Shown here: piece by piece, positions 1 to 8,199 of the stretch
Numbering within the stretch: the stretch's first letter is position 1
Layout of the letters: every line of letters begins with the position of its first letter
Source of the DNA: Candidatus Methylomirabilia bacterium
GTDB lineage: Bacteria; Methylomirabilota; Methylomirabilia; Rokubacteriales; CSP1-6
Length of the DNA stretch: 38,682 bases
Direction: 5' to 3'
Assembly (NCBI GenBank): GCA_041492755.1
Contig: JBGPXN010000025.1
Location: 1-38,682 of the forward strand
The notes under the pieces: generated by a model
The model's database searches: none
The model's input: only the letters and a program-made list of their open reading frames with translations
Told to the model about the DNA's origin: nothing
Position numbers and translations under genes: made by a program

Positions 1-141
1 GACCAGCACGCGAGACATTTCGTGCAGGCCTGCGCGCTTGTCCGGAAAGAACTGGAAACCTTGCTGGCACAGCACCACATCGAACGACGCCTCCGCCAGG
101 TCCATGGCCAGCGCACTGCCCTCGACCCCGCGTGAGCTCAT
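1..141 (-). pseudogene. Class I SAM-dependent methyltransferase fragment lacking motif I; runs off the window edge
   Basis: Minus-strand translation from ATG at 141: MSSRGVEGSALAMDLAEASFDVVLCQQGFQFFPDKRAGLHEMSRVLV. This resembles the post-motif-II half of UbiE/Methyltransf_11 enzymes. The frame upstream closes at TGA 193-195 with no GxGxG motif. Confidence 0.55.
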
Positions 142-206
142 GACGTCCTCGCTCCGAAGACATCGTGTGTACGCACCGTGTCGCCGAGGCGTTCAAGTCA
201 CCCGGC

Positions 207-761
207 TCACGTGGGGAGCAGGCGATTGCTCTCCTCGAACAAGCGAAAGGTCTTCTGCACGTCGTAGGGCTGTTCGACCAGCCGCTCCGGATCCCACTCG
301 CTGCGCGGTACGCCGAAGAAGTCGCCGCCGTACACGTGGATGGCGCCGGTCAGTCGCCCGATCGGGTTGGTGACCGAATGGATGATGTCGCGGCCGAGGG
401 GCAGCGCCTCGCGCTCGCTGAGCGCCTTGGCGCCCGCGGCCTCGATCCGGCCACCCGCCTCGCCCGGCAGCCGGCGCCAGAGGATGTTGTCCTCGCGGCC
501 CGTGTAGATACCGATGACGGCCCACATCTGGTGGTTGTGCGGCATGACCGTCATGCGCGGTCCCCAGATGACGTTCAGGATCGTGAGATCCGCCGCGCGG
601 TGGAGCGTGTGGACTTCCGCGCGCCGGGGCTCGCCCAGGGCCGAGAGCACCGGCGCCGGCTCCGCGATTGCCCGGGCCACGATCTCGCGGATGGCCGGCT
701 GGCCGGCGCCTCCCGACGTCGCCGCGGAGCAGTCGGCCTTGAACCGGTCGAGATCAAACAT
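207..761 (-). CDS. Cupin / cysteine-dioxygenase-like metal-dependent protein
   Basis: 184 aa; motifs MPHNHQMWAVIGIYTGREDN, DIIHSVTNP and AIHVYGGDFF; overlaps the end of the upstream methyltransferase. Confidence 0.8.
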   Translation of the reverse strand: MFDLDRFKADCSAATSGGAGQPAIREIVARAIAEPAPVLSALGEPRRAEVHTLHRAADLTILNVIWGPRMTVMPHNHQMWAVIGIYTGREDNILWRRLPGEAGGRIEAAGAKALSEREALPLGRDIIHSVTNPIGRLTGAIHVYGGDFFGVPRSEWDPERLVEQPYDVQKTFRLFEESNRLLPT

Positions 762-1818
762 GGCGGGCCACGTAGTAGTTGTTCATCGGATCTTCCGGGA
801 GGCGATGGACATCGACACGGCGGAAGCCCGCCTCGTCGAGCATCGACTGGGCTTTCTGCTCGCCCCACACCGTTCCGAGGCCGGCGCCGCCCAGCGCCAG
901 GGACACGGTCATGCAGTGCATGGTCGAGATCCCGTACAGGAACGGGCCGAACGGGTGCGCGATATTATCCTGAAGCTGGCTCGACGCGCGGACGTCCACC
1001 ATCAAGAAGGTACCGCCCGGCTTCAACGCCCGGGCGGCGGTCCGCAGCACCTCCGCCGGCCGCGCCTGGTCGTGGATCACGTCGAAGGCCGTGATCAGAT
1101 CGTAGCGCCCGGATTCGTCGAAGGCCGCCGCGTCCCGCACCTCGAAGCGCACGTTCGTGCTCCCGAACGCTTGCGCCTCGCGCCGCGCCGCCGCGATGCC
1201 ACCTTCCGAGAAGTCGTAGCCGCTGACCCGGCTCCGCGGGAAGGCACGGGCCAGGAGGTTGGCCGCGTGCCCCGACCCGCACCCGATGTCCAGCACCTCG
1301 GCGCCGCGGTCGAGCGCCTCGGCCATGCCGGTCAGGGGCACGATCCTCTCCAGCAGCAGGTGATCGAAGCGCAGGCCGCTGCTCTCGGCCATCAGCACCT
1401 GGAAGCGCGGGTACTTCGCGTACGACACACCACCGCCGTGGCGAAAACTGGCGATGACGTCCGCCTCGACCTCCGCGAGCATGGGCACGTACTGCGCGAA
1501 GCGCGCGATGTTGCGGGGCCCGGCGGCGTCGGTGATCACGGCGGCGTGCTCGGGCGGCAGAACGTAGGTGTGCGCGCGCGGGTCGTACTCGACGATGCCG
1601 CCGGTGACCATCGCCCCCAGCCACTCCTGCACGTACCGCTCGCGCAATCCCGTGGCCCGGGAAATCTCCTCACACGTCGACGGAGGCAGCGTGGCCATCG
1701 CCTCGAACAGTCCCGTCTGGCGCCCGATGCTGGTCATCAAGGCCAGCGCCGCGCCATTCAGAACGCCGACCATCTTGCCGACGAACGCGTCCTTCTTGGC
1801 CTGGTTCAGCTCCGGCAT
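754..1818 (-). CDS. Class I SAM-dependent methyltransferase with N-terminal winged HTH (Rv2258c-like)
   Basis: 354 aa; VLDIGCGSG motif I, YDLITAFDVIHD, N-terminal ERYVQEWL, C-terminal HCMTVSLA..GLGTVWGE; GAGGAGG RBS upstream. Confidence 0.88.
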   Translation of the reverse strand: MPELNQAKKDAFVGKMVGVLNGAALALMTSIGRQTGLFEAMATLPPSTCEEISRATGLRERYVQEWLGAMVTGGIVEYDPRAHTYVLPPEHAAVITDAAGPRNIARFAQYVPMLAEVEADVIASFRHGGGVSYAKYPRFQVLMAESSGLRFDHLLLERIVPLTGMAEALDRGAEVLDIGCGSGHAANLLARAFPRSRVSGYDFSEGGIAAARREAQAFGSTNVRFEVRDAAAFDESGRYDLITAFDVIHDQARPAEVLRTAARALKPGGTFLMVDVRASSQLQDNIAHPFGPFLYGISTMHCMTVSLALGGAGLGTVWGEQKAQSMLDEAGFRRVDVHRLPEDPMNNYYVARHV

Positions 1819-1946
1819 GGCGTCCTCCTCGCGGCGATCGTTCCATGCTCCCGTTCGGGATCCTCAGAATTGGGGCCATCATAGTCGCCCGGGCAGGTAC
1901 GTCGACACACGCACCACCGCCCTGACCTGGTCGAGCGCGCTCGTCG

Positions 1947-2033
1947 CTACTCGATCGCGATCGCCCCGCTGCGCGCCGACCTCATTTCCGTGAGCGTCCT
2001 CATCCACTCGTCCGCCGGCTTGGTCGCGAAGTG
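1947..2033 (-). pseudogene. Decayed copy of the CoA-transferase 3' end
   Basis: Translates as HFATKPADEWMRTLTEMRSARSGAIAIE*, versus RFATQPADEWVRVL...ARGAIALE* in the gene at 2773-5031. 1992-2030 matches 3049-3087 at 31/39 nt. Confidence 0.65.
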
Positions 2034-2062
2034 TGGATGGCATCCATTCGCCCTCGATCGGC

Positions 2063-2464
2063 TCACGTCGGCGCCCACACCTCGAGGTCGGCGCCGATCG
2101 CCGCATCCGACAACCGCTGATCGTAGGTGACCATGCCGGCCAGGTCCTGACCGAGCGAGAGCGCAGTCGCCAGGTGGATCGCGTCGAGGCTCCGGAGACT
2201 GGCCGGGCTGAGCGCCGCCGCGTGACGGAGGATCCGGCGGTCCACATCGACCAGCGCGATGCGGGCCAGTAGCCCGGCCGCTCGACGCTGCTCGCGAGCA
2301 CCATAGCCGGCTCGCCGTAGCGCTCGTCGCACCTCGACCTCCGCGAGCGCGCTCGATAGACGGTACGTGTGATCCCGCAGAAACTCCAGCAGCGCGGCCG
2401 ACTCCGGCTCGAGCACGACGAGCTTCACGAGGGCCGAGGAGTCGAGGTAGAGATGGTCTCTCAG
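2063..2464 (-). CDS. vapC: Type II TA system PIN-domain toxin (VapC family), probable CTG start
   Basis: The PIN N-terminal motif LYLDSSALVK lies upstream of the first GTG (2428). Also has AEVEVRRAL, LRSLDAIHLATA and VTYDQRL. The best upstream candidate start is CTG 2464-2462, overlapping the antitoxin TGA (CTGA). Confidence 0.85.
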   Translation of the reverse strand: MRDHLYLDSSALVKLVVLEPESAALLEFLRDHTYRLSSALAEVEVRRALRRAGYGAREQRRAAGLLARIALVDVDRRILRHAAALSPASLRSLDAIHLATALSLGQDLAGMVTYDQRLSDAAIGADLEVWAPT

Positions 2465-2751
2465 CGTTCGTCCCGGCGGAGCTCATCGAGCGCCTTGCTG
2501 GCGCGCCGGCTAGGCCGTTTGCCGACTGGTCGGCCGAGCTCCAGGAGGTCGCCGGCAGCCGCAGTGGCGCGCCCTTCGGCAATCATCCGTTCGAGCGCCG
2601 TCACCGGTCCGGGAAGCGGCGTCAGCAAGGCCACGGCGTGCCCTCGCTCGGTCACCTCGAGGGCCTCGCCCGCTTTGACCCGATCGAGGTACACGCTCAG
2701 GTTCTGGCGAAGCTCTCTGACGCCGACTCGATCGGTCTTCGACCTCCGCAT
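2461..2751 (-). CDS. Type II TA antitoxin, Phd/YefM (prevent-host-death) family
   Basis: 96 aa; VGVRELRQNLSVYLDRVKAGEALEVTERGHAVALL is a typical Phd fold; lies directly upstream of the PIN toxin. Confidence 0.88.
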   Translation of the reverse strand: MRRSKTDRVGVRELRQNLSVYLDRVKAGEALEVTERGHAVALLTPLPGPVTALERMIAEGRATAAAGDLLELGRPVGKRPSRRASKALDELRRDER

Positions 2752-2771
2752 GTAGCTCAGAGTAGCACATG
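2749..2771 (-). promoter_or_regulatory. Putative TA promoter/operator: extended -10 overlapped by repeats
   Basis: Minus strand reads CATGTGCTACTCTGAGCTACATG. It has CATGT...ACATG inverted ends, a direct repeat TG(T/A)GCTAC x2, and TG-C-TACTCT 7 nt before the ATG. No SD. Confidence 0.55.
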
Positions 2772-2772
2772 G

Positions 2773-5031
2773 CTATTCGAGCGCGATCGCGCCCCGCGCG
2801 ACCAGCTCGCGGAGCCGGTCGGCCATTCCGATGTCGGCGAGAATCTGTTCGGCGTCGGCGCCGGGCGGCGAGACCGGCCGGCCCGGCACGACCGGGGTGC
2901 GCGTGAGACGGGCGGGGGGCCCGATGGTGGTGATGGCGGCGCCGCCGGCGTGGATCCGCGTGAGGCTGAGGCCGTGCGCGACGACCCAGGGGTCTTGCAT
3001 CACCTGCGCGACCGGGACGACCCGATGCGCGCCAATCCCGGCCGCGACGAGCACCCTCACCCATTCGTCGGCCGGTTGCGTCGCGAACCGTGTCGCGAGC
3101 GCGCGTTCCAGCTCCGGCCCGTTCAGATGCTCGAGGTCGGGCATGCCCGTGAGCTGCGCCAGTCGACGGCGCTGCGCATCCGTGGCGCCGAGGAAGAGCC
3201 ACGCGTCCGCGGCGCGGTACAAGCGTTGGAGGGGGCGCCACCCTCGCGCCTCCGGGCCGCTCGGCTCGTCCCACGCCTTGCCCTCGTAGGTCTGGAGATA
3301 GGACGCCTGCAGGAGAGTCGCGGCGGCGGCCAGCGACGTCTGAACGTGCTGGCCCTGCCCGGTTCTCCGGCGATGGAACAGCGCGAGCCCCACCGCGAAC
3401 GCGCCCAGCAGGCCGCAGGCGTAGTCGTTGGGCGCGAACGGCTGCGGTGCCGGCGGTCCGCCCTGGCCGCCCATGCGCGCCACCATCCCCGTCGCCGCTT
3501 GCGCGTTCGGCTCGTAGCCGGGCCCGCGCTCCCACGGACCGCCGTACCCGTAGAAGCTGACCGAGCCGTAGACGACGTCGGCGCGCCGGGCTCGCAGTTG
3601 CTCGTAGCCGACGTCGAGCCTTTCAGCGACGCCGAGCCGGAAGTTCTGGAGGACCACGTCGGCGCGGTCGACCAGACGTCGGACGATCTCCGCTCCGTCG
3701 GGCGTCTTGAGATCGACCAGGATCGTGCGCTTCCCGCGATTGACGTCGGTGTGGTACCGGTGCACCTGCCAGCGGTAGCCCGCGCCTTCCTCCCGTGGAT
3801 TGTTGACCTTCACGACGTCGGCGCCGAATTCGGCCAGCGTGCGAGCCGCCGTCGGTCCCGCCAGGACCTGCGTCAGGTCGACGACCCGGACGCCCTCCAG
3901 GGCCGACGCCAGACGCGGCGTCGCGGTACCGGAGGCACGCGCGGGCCGCCCCGGACGCTGGAGGAACCCTTCGATCGATCCCGACGCCCCGCCGCGGACG
4001 GCGCCGGGCGTGCCCAGCAAGCGGACGGCGGCGCCGGGCTGGAGCATGGGGCCAAGCTCCGGATCGGTGACGTCCGCCACGACGCCGGCGGCTCGGGCGT
4101 GCTCGGTGGCGAGCCATTCCGCGCTCGTTCTGACCAGCGTGAGCGGAACCTCGGCGCGGCGCCCGAGCTCTTCCCACTCGGCGGCGGTGCGCGTCCGGAA
4201 CAGGTCGCGGAGCTCCGCGTCCTGACGCTCGCGCAGTGGCGTGCCGCGCGCGAGCCGCCCTGGCCGCTCCGGCTCCACGTAGCCCTTCGCGATCCAGTCG
4301 GTCTTGCCGGCCGCTTCGACGAATCGCTGGAGGAAACGAAACGTGGCGAGGCTCAGCCGCACCCAGCGGCCATCCGCGCACCGGAAGAGGCCGCCCCAGG
4401 GGTCGTCGGGGCGCCCGCCTTCGGGCTTGCCGTTGACGAGCAGGCCGCTCGCCCCGATCGCCATGAACGTGGCGTCGAACAGCGGCACTTCGATCTGCTG
4501 GCCGAGCCCATCGCGCTCGCGGGCGATCAGCGCCATGACGGTGGCGACCGCCGCCGTCACCGCACCGAAGGTGGAGGAGATCGGCACGGCCGTGAAGCGC
4601 GGATCGTCCGGCGGCTGGTGCACGCCGGTCGCGGCAGCGAGCACGCCCTCCCAGCCGGGCGTCGCCGCCCGCGGATCATCCGACGCGAAGCCGGGAAGCG
4701 AGGAGTAGATCAGTCCCGGGTTGCTGCGCATGCTCTCGCGCGCGCCGAGACCGAGCCGCGCCATGACCCCGGGTCTGAAGTTCTCGATGACGACGTCGGC
4801 CGCGTCGATCAGACGGCGGGCGACGTCGAGGTCGCTCGCGCGCGTCAGATCGAGGACCAGGCTCGTCTTGCCGCGATTGAACGTCGCGTTGGCCGGGGTG
4901 CGCCACCGCGGTCCGCCGGGGGGATCGACGTGGACGACCTCGGCGCCCTGATCGCCGAGCAGCATGGCCGCCAGCGGACCGGCGATCCACTGCCCGAAAT
5001 CGACGACCTTCACGCCCCCGAGCGCGCCCAT
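2773..5031 (-). CDS. Family III (CaiB/BaiF) CoA-transferase, two fused domains
   Basis: 752 aa with two copies of the signature: LGGVKVVDFGQWIAGP..GAEVVHVD..NRGK..ADVVIENFRPG and LEGVRVVDLTQVLAGP..GADVVKVN..NRGK..ADVVLQNFRLG. Confidence 0.92.
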   Translation of the reverse strand: MGALGGVKVVDFGQWIAGPLAAMLLGDQGAEVVHVDPPGGPRWRTPANATFNRGKTSLVLDLTRASDLDVARRLIDAADVVIENFRPGVMARLGLGARESMRSNPGLIYSSLPGFASDDPRAATPGWEGVLAAATGVHQPPDDPRFTAVPISSTFGAVTAAVATVMALIARERDGLGQQIEVPLFDATFMAIGASGLLVNGKPEGGRPDDPWGGLFRCADGRWVRLSLATFRFLQRFVEAAGKTDWIAKGYVEPERPGRLARGTPLRERQDAELRDLFRTRTAAEWEELGRRAEVPLTLVRTSAEWLATEHARAAGVVADVTDPELGPMLQPGAAVRLLGTPGAVRGGASGSIEGFLQRPGRPARASGTATPRLASALEGVRVVDLTQVLAGPTAARTLAEFGADVVKVNNPREEGAGYRWQVHRYHTDVNRGKRTILVDLKTPDGAEIVRRLVDRADVVLQNFRLGVAERLDVGYEQLRARRADVVYGSVSFYGYGGPWERGPGYEPNAQAATGMVARMGGQGGPPAPQPFAPNDYACGLLGAFAVGLALFHRRRTGQGQHVQTSLAAAATLLQASYLQTYEGKAWDEPSGPEARGWRPLQRLYRAADAWLFLGATDAQRRRLAQLTGMPDLEHLNGPELERALATRFATQPADEWVRVLVAAGIGAHRVVPVAQVMQDPWVVAHGLSLTRIHAGGAAITTIGPPARLTRTPVVPGRPVSPPGADAEQILADIGMADRLRELVARGAIALE

Positions 5032-5064
5032 CGCGTCGACCCGCTCAGCCCGCAGCGCGCGCGG

Positions 5065-5167
5065 TCACGATCGCCGCGGCTGGAGCACGTCCTCCAGCCA
5101 GTCCCACATGTACGCGGTGCCGATCGACACGTTGTCGATCTGGCGAGCTGAGCTCGTTGGTGTCCAT
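5065..5167 (-). pseudogene. Remnant of a probable alpha/beta hydrolase gene (start plus last ~25 codons)
   Basis: 5142-5065 reads QIDNVSIGTAYMWDWLEDVLQPRRS*, like the C-terminus (HCQ.DN...DWL) of DHPON-hydrolase-like alpha/beta hydrolases. It has no in-frame start. ATG 5167 (MDTNELS) is in another frame, with TAGCAT 8 nt upstream. Confidence 0.45.
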
Positions 5168-5244
5168 GGCCGCCCATGCTACCGCGACGATCGCGGCCTC
5201 CCAAGCCCGGTGCCGGGCGCGCGCGTCGTATATACTGCGCGGCT

Positions 5245-6237
5245 ATGGTGACGAAGCTCGGGCTCGCCGCCTCCTTCCACACCTTCGGCCCGGCGGAATA
5301 CGTGGCGCTCGCGCGCGAGGCCGAGCAACGCGGTTACGACACGATATGGACGGGGGAGGTCGCCGGCCCGGACGCGTTCACGATCATGACGCTGGTCGCG
5401 GCGAACACGACGCGCTTGCGTCTGGCCACGGGCGTCATCCCCTTCCAGACGCGGACGCCCACCGTGCTCGCGCAGACGGCGGCCACGCTGAACCACATCG
5501 CGGGGGGACGGTTCGCGCTCGGACTCGGCGTGTCGAGCCCGGTCATCGTCGAGCAGTGGAACGGCCTGCCGTACCGCCGGCCGCTCGAGCAGCTCCGCGA
5601 GGCCGTGCAGATCATCCGGATGACCCTCGCCGGCGAGCGCGTGAACTTCGAGGGCCAGCACTACCGCATCCGCAATCTCAGGCTGATGAGCCCCCCGCCA
5701 CCGCAGCCGGTCCGGATCTATCTCGGCGGGCTGGGACCGAAGATGCTCGAGCTGGCGGGCGAGATCGCGGACGGCGTGCTGCTCAACTGGCTCGGGCCCG
5801 AGGCCGTCGGCGCGTGTCTGAAACACGTCGAGGCCGGCGCCCGCCGGGCCGGGCGCAGCCTGGCGGACTTCGAGACCGCCGCCTTCATCCGGACCTGCGT
5901 CACCGACGAGCGCGACCCCGCCCGGACCTTGCTTGCGCGCGACATCACCGGCTACGTCACGGTCGACTCCTACGCGCAGTTCTTCAGAACGTCGGGCTTC
6001 GGCGACGAGGTGGAGGCCGCCCGCGCCGCCTGGAAGGCCGGCGATCGCGCCGGCGCGGTGGCCCGCATTTCGCCGCGGTTCCTCGACGCGCTCGGCGTGG
6101 TCGGCCCGGCCGATTTCTGCCGGCACCGAATCCAGGAGTACGCGCGCGCCGGTCTCACCATGCCGGTGGTGTTTCCCGTCTCGCCCGATCCCGACCCGAA
6201 GCCGTCGCTGCTCGGCACCCTCCGGACGTTTCCGTGA
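5245..6237 (+). CDS. LLM-class (luciferase-like) flavin/F420-dependent oxidoreductase
   Basis: AREAEQRGYDTIWTGE, RLRLATGV, GGRFALGLGVS, IYLGGLGPKMLELAGEIADG; ATG 5245 is preceded by TATACT. Confidence 0.9.
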   Translation: MVTKLGLAASFHTFGPAEYVALAREAEQRGYDTIWTGEVAGPDAFTIMTLVAANTTRLRLATGVIPFQTRTPTVLAQTAATLNHIAGGRFALGLGVSSPVIVEQWNGLPYRRPLEQLREAVQIIRMTLAGERVNFEGQHYRIRNLRLMSPPPPQPVRIYLGGLGPKMLELAGEIADGVLLNWLGPEAVGACLKHVEAGARRAGRSLADFETAAFIRTCVTDERDPARTLLARDITGYVTVDSYAQFFRTSGFGDEVEAARAAWKAGDRAGAVARISPRFLDALGVVGPADFCRHRIQEYARAGLTMPVVFPVSPDPDPKPSLLGTLRTFP

Positions 6238-6986
6238 CCGACGCTGGTGGTGGCCGCCTCAGCGTGCTGGGCGTCATCCCCGCCCGGCTGGAGTCCACGC
6301 GGTTGCCGCGGAAAGTGCTGCGCGAGATCGCGGGTCGTCCGATGGTGGTACGCGTCTGGGAGCGCGCGCGCGCCTCGACGCAACTCACCGACGTGCTCGT
6401 CGCGACCGATTCCGCGGAAGTGATCGACGCCTGCCGTCACTACGACGTGCCGGCCGTCCTCACCAGTCGCCAGCACGCGTCGGGCACGGACCGGGTGTGG
6501 GAAGTCGCCCGGGGGCGGGCCGCCGACGTGTACGTCAACATCCAGGGGGACGAACCGCTCATCACGCCCGGCCACATCGATCGGCTCATCGAGCCGTTCC
6601 TGTCCCATCCCGACACGCAGGTGACCACGCTGAAGATCCGCGCGCTCGACGACGAATTGCCCAAGCCGACCGTGAACAAGGTCGTCTGTGGCGCGGACGG
6701 CCAGGCCCTCTACTTCTCGAAGTACCCGATCCCCTACGATCGCGACGGCCGCGGGGTCGTGCGCTGGAAGCACATCGGCATCTACGCGTATCGACACCCG
6801 GCGCTCGAGGCGTTCCATCGGCTGAGTCCCTCGACGCTCGAGCTCACCGAAGGGCTGGAGCAGCTCCGGTTCCTGGAGCACGGCATCCCGATCATGGTGG
6901 TCGAGACCGACCAGCCCACCATCGGAGTGGACACCGAGGAGGATCTGCGCGCGGTCGAGGCGTATTTGTCCGGCCGCCGCGCGTGA
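6234..6986 (+). CDS. kdsB: 3-deoxy-manno-octulosonate cytidylyltransferase (CMP-KDO synthetase)
   Basis: VIPARLESTRLPRKVL, HASGTDR, VNIQGDEP, KHIGIYAY, LEQLRFLE, GVDTEEDL; GTG start overlaps the LLM gene TGA (GTGA). Confidence 0.93.
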   Translation: MTDAGGGRLSVLGVIPARLESTRLPRKVLREIAGRPMVVRVWERARASTQLTDVLVATDSAEVIDACRHYDVPAVLTSRQHASGTDRVWEVARGRAADVYVNIQGDEPLITPGHIDRLIEPFLSHPDTQVTTLKIRALDDELPKPTVNKVVCGADGQALYFSKYPIPYDRDGRGVVRWKHIGIYAYRHPALEAFHRLSPSTLELTEGLEQLRFLEHGIPIMVVETDQPTIGVDTEEDLRAVEAYLSGRRA

Positions 6987-7054
6987 GCGGCCGACTCGCC
7001 GGCATCGGGTGGAACGTCGAGCTGGCGGGCGACTGCCGCGGGCCGTGGATCGGT

Positions 7055-8140
7055 CTAGCCGTCGCGATGCTGGGCGCGCTCGCTTTGCTCGCGCCCGTCC
7101 GGGAGCGGCCGCGCGGCGTCTGAGCCGCGGCCGTCGCCGATGAGGCGCACGGTGCGCATCGGCACGGGCATCTCGATCCCTTCGGCGCGCAGCCGCTTGA
7201 GGATCCGCCGGCGCAGCTCGTGCTGGGCGAGCGCGGTATCGCCGAAGCCGCTGACGTGACACGCCACCGTGTACTGCAGCGCGTACTCGCCGAATCCCGG
7301 ATGGAGTCGAACCACCGGGGCCGGCTCGAGCAGCATGCCCGGCACCTCGCCGATGGCGCGGCGGACTTCTTCCAGCAGGACGAGCTCCACGTGGTCGGGA
7401 TCCGTGGCGTAGTCCACGTCGACGCGGATCGACACGGCGGTGAGCGGCAGCGGCAGCGTGAAGTTGGTGATGGTCGCTTGCGCCACCGTCCGGTTCGGCA
7501 CGATGACGATGTTGTTGGACTGCGTCCGCAGCCGGGTCGTCCGCCAGCCGATGTCCACCACGTGGCCTTCGATGCCTTCGCTGAGCCGGATATAGTCGCC
7601 CGGGCGTACCTCGCGGCCCGCGAGCACGTGCATGCCCGCGAACAGGTTGGAGAGCGTGTCCTGCAGCGCGAGCGCGACGGCCAGGCCGCCCACGCCGAGC
7701 GCGGTGAGCAGCGGTGTGATCTGGATGCCCAGCGTGCTGAGCAGCACGAGCAGGCCGATGATCAGCACGGCGAGCCGCGCCGAAGTCTGGGCCAATCCCG
7801 TGACCGCGACCCCGAGCCGATCGCCGTAGCGGCTCACCAGCGAGCCCGAGAGGTTGGCCAGGGTGACCGTGACGGAGACGACGATGGACGCCTGGAGCAG
7901 CGTGCCGAGGTACAGCGCGAGCCGATGCGGCAGGTTGGCGATCTCGACGGCGACGTAGAAAGCGAGCACGAGGCACCACAGGAACGACGGGACGCGCACG
8001 GCGTCGCCGAACGCGCCGCGGCCCGGACGCGGCTCGCCCCAGCGCGCGAGCATGGACAGCAGCGCCCAGCGCAGGCCGAGGGCCACGGCCGCGGTGACCA
8101 CGAACGCCGTGGCCGGCCACACCAGCGGTTCCCACATCAT
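7055..8140 (-). CDS. mscS: Small-conductance mechanosensitive channel (MscS family)
   Basis: ITPLLTALGVGGLAVALALQDTLSNLFAG, GDYIRL, VDIGWRTT, IVPN; several TM helices. Confidence 0.9.
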   Translation of the reverse strand: MMWEPLVWPATAFVVTAAVALGLRWALLSMLARWGEPRPGRGAFGDAVRVPSFLWCLVLAFYVAVEIANLPHRLALYLGTLLQASIVVSVTVTLANLSGSLVSRYGDRLGVAVTGLAQTSARLAVLIIGLLVLLSTLGIQITPLLTALGVGGLAVALALQDTLSNLFAGMHVLAGREVRPGDYIRLSEGIEGHVVDIGWRTTRLRTQSNNIVIVPNRTVAQATITNFTLPLPLTAVSIRVDVDYATDPDHVELVLLEEVRRAIGEVPGMLLEPAPVVRLHPGFGEYALQYTVACHVSGFGDTALAQHELRRRILKRLRAEGIEMPVPMRTVRLIGDGRGSDAARPLPDGREQSERAQHRDG

Positions 8141-8199
8141 CTCGATCCCCTCCCTGCCGCCCGTCCCACTCGAGCTTCGGTGCTATCGTAGTCCGCGCC

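Noticed and set aside
2063..2751. vapBC as part of a prophage, IS or integrative element
   Set aside because: No integrase, transposase, phage genes or tRNA attachment site are visible in the window.
2638..5151. 837-aa plus-strand ORF and similar long ORFs (5970-8201, 8473-10731, 10933-13731, 28272-30035, 31620-33149)
   Set aside because: These are antisense shadows of well-supported genes in high-GC DNA, rich in Arg/Gly/Ala and without recognisable motifs.
5157..6986. 609-aa ORF suggesting a long N-terminal fusion to KdsB; similar extensions at 14934, 15812, 23084 and 36564
   Set aside because: The extensions overlap real genes in another frame or strand. The true starts have an RBS or stop-start overlap (6234, 15303, 16226, 23657, 37146).
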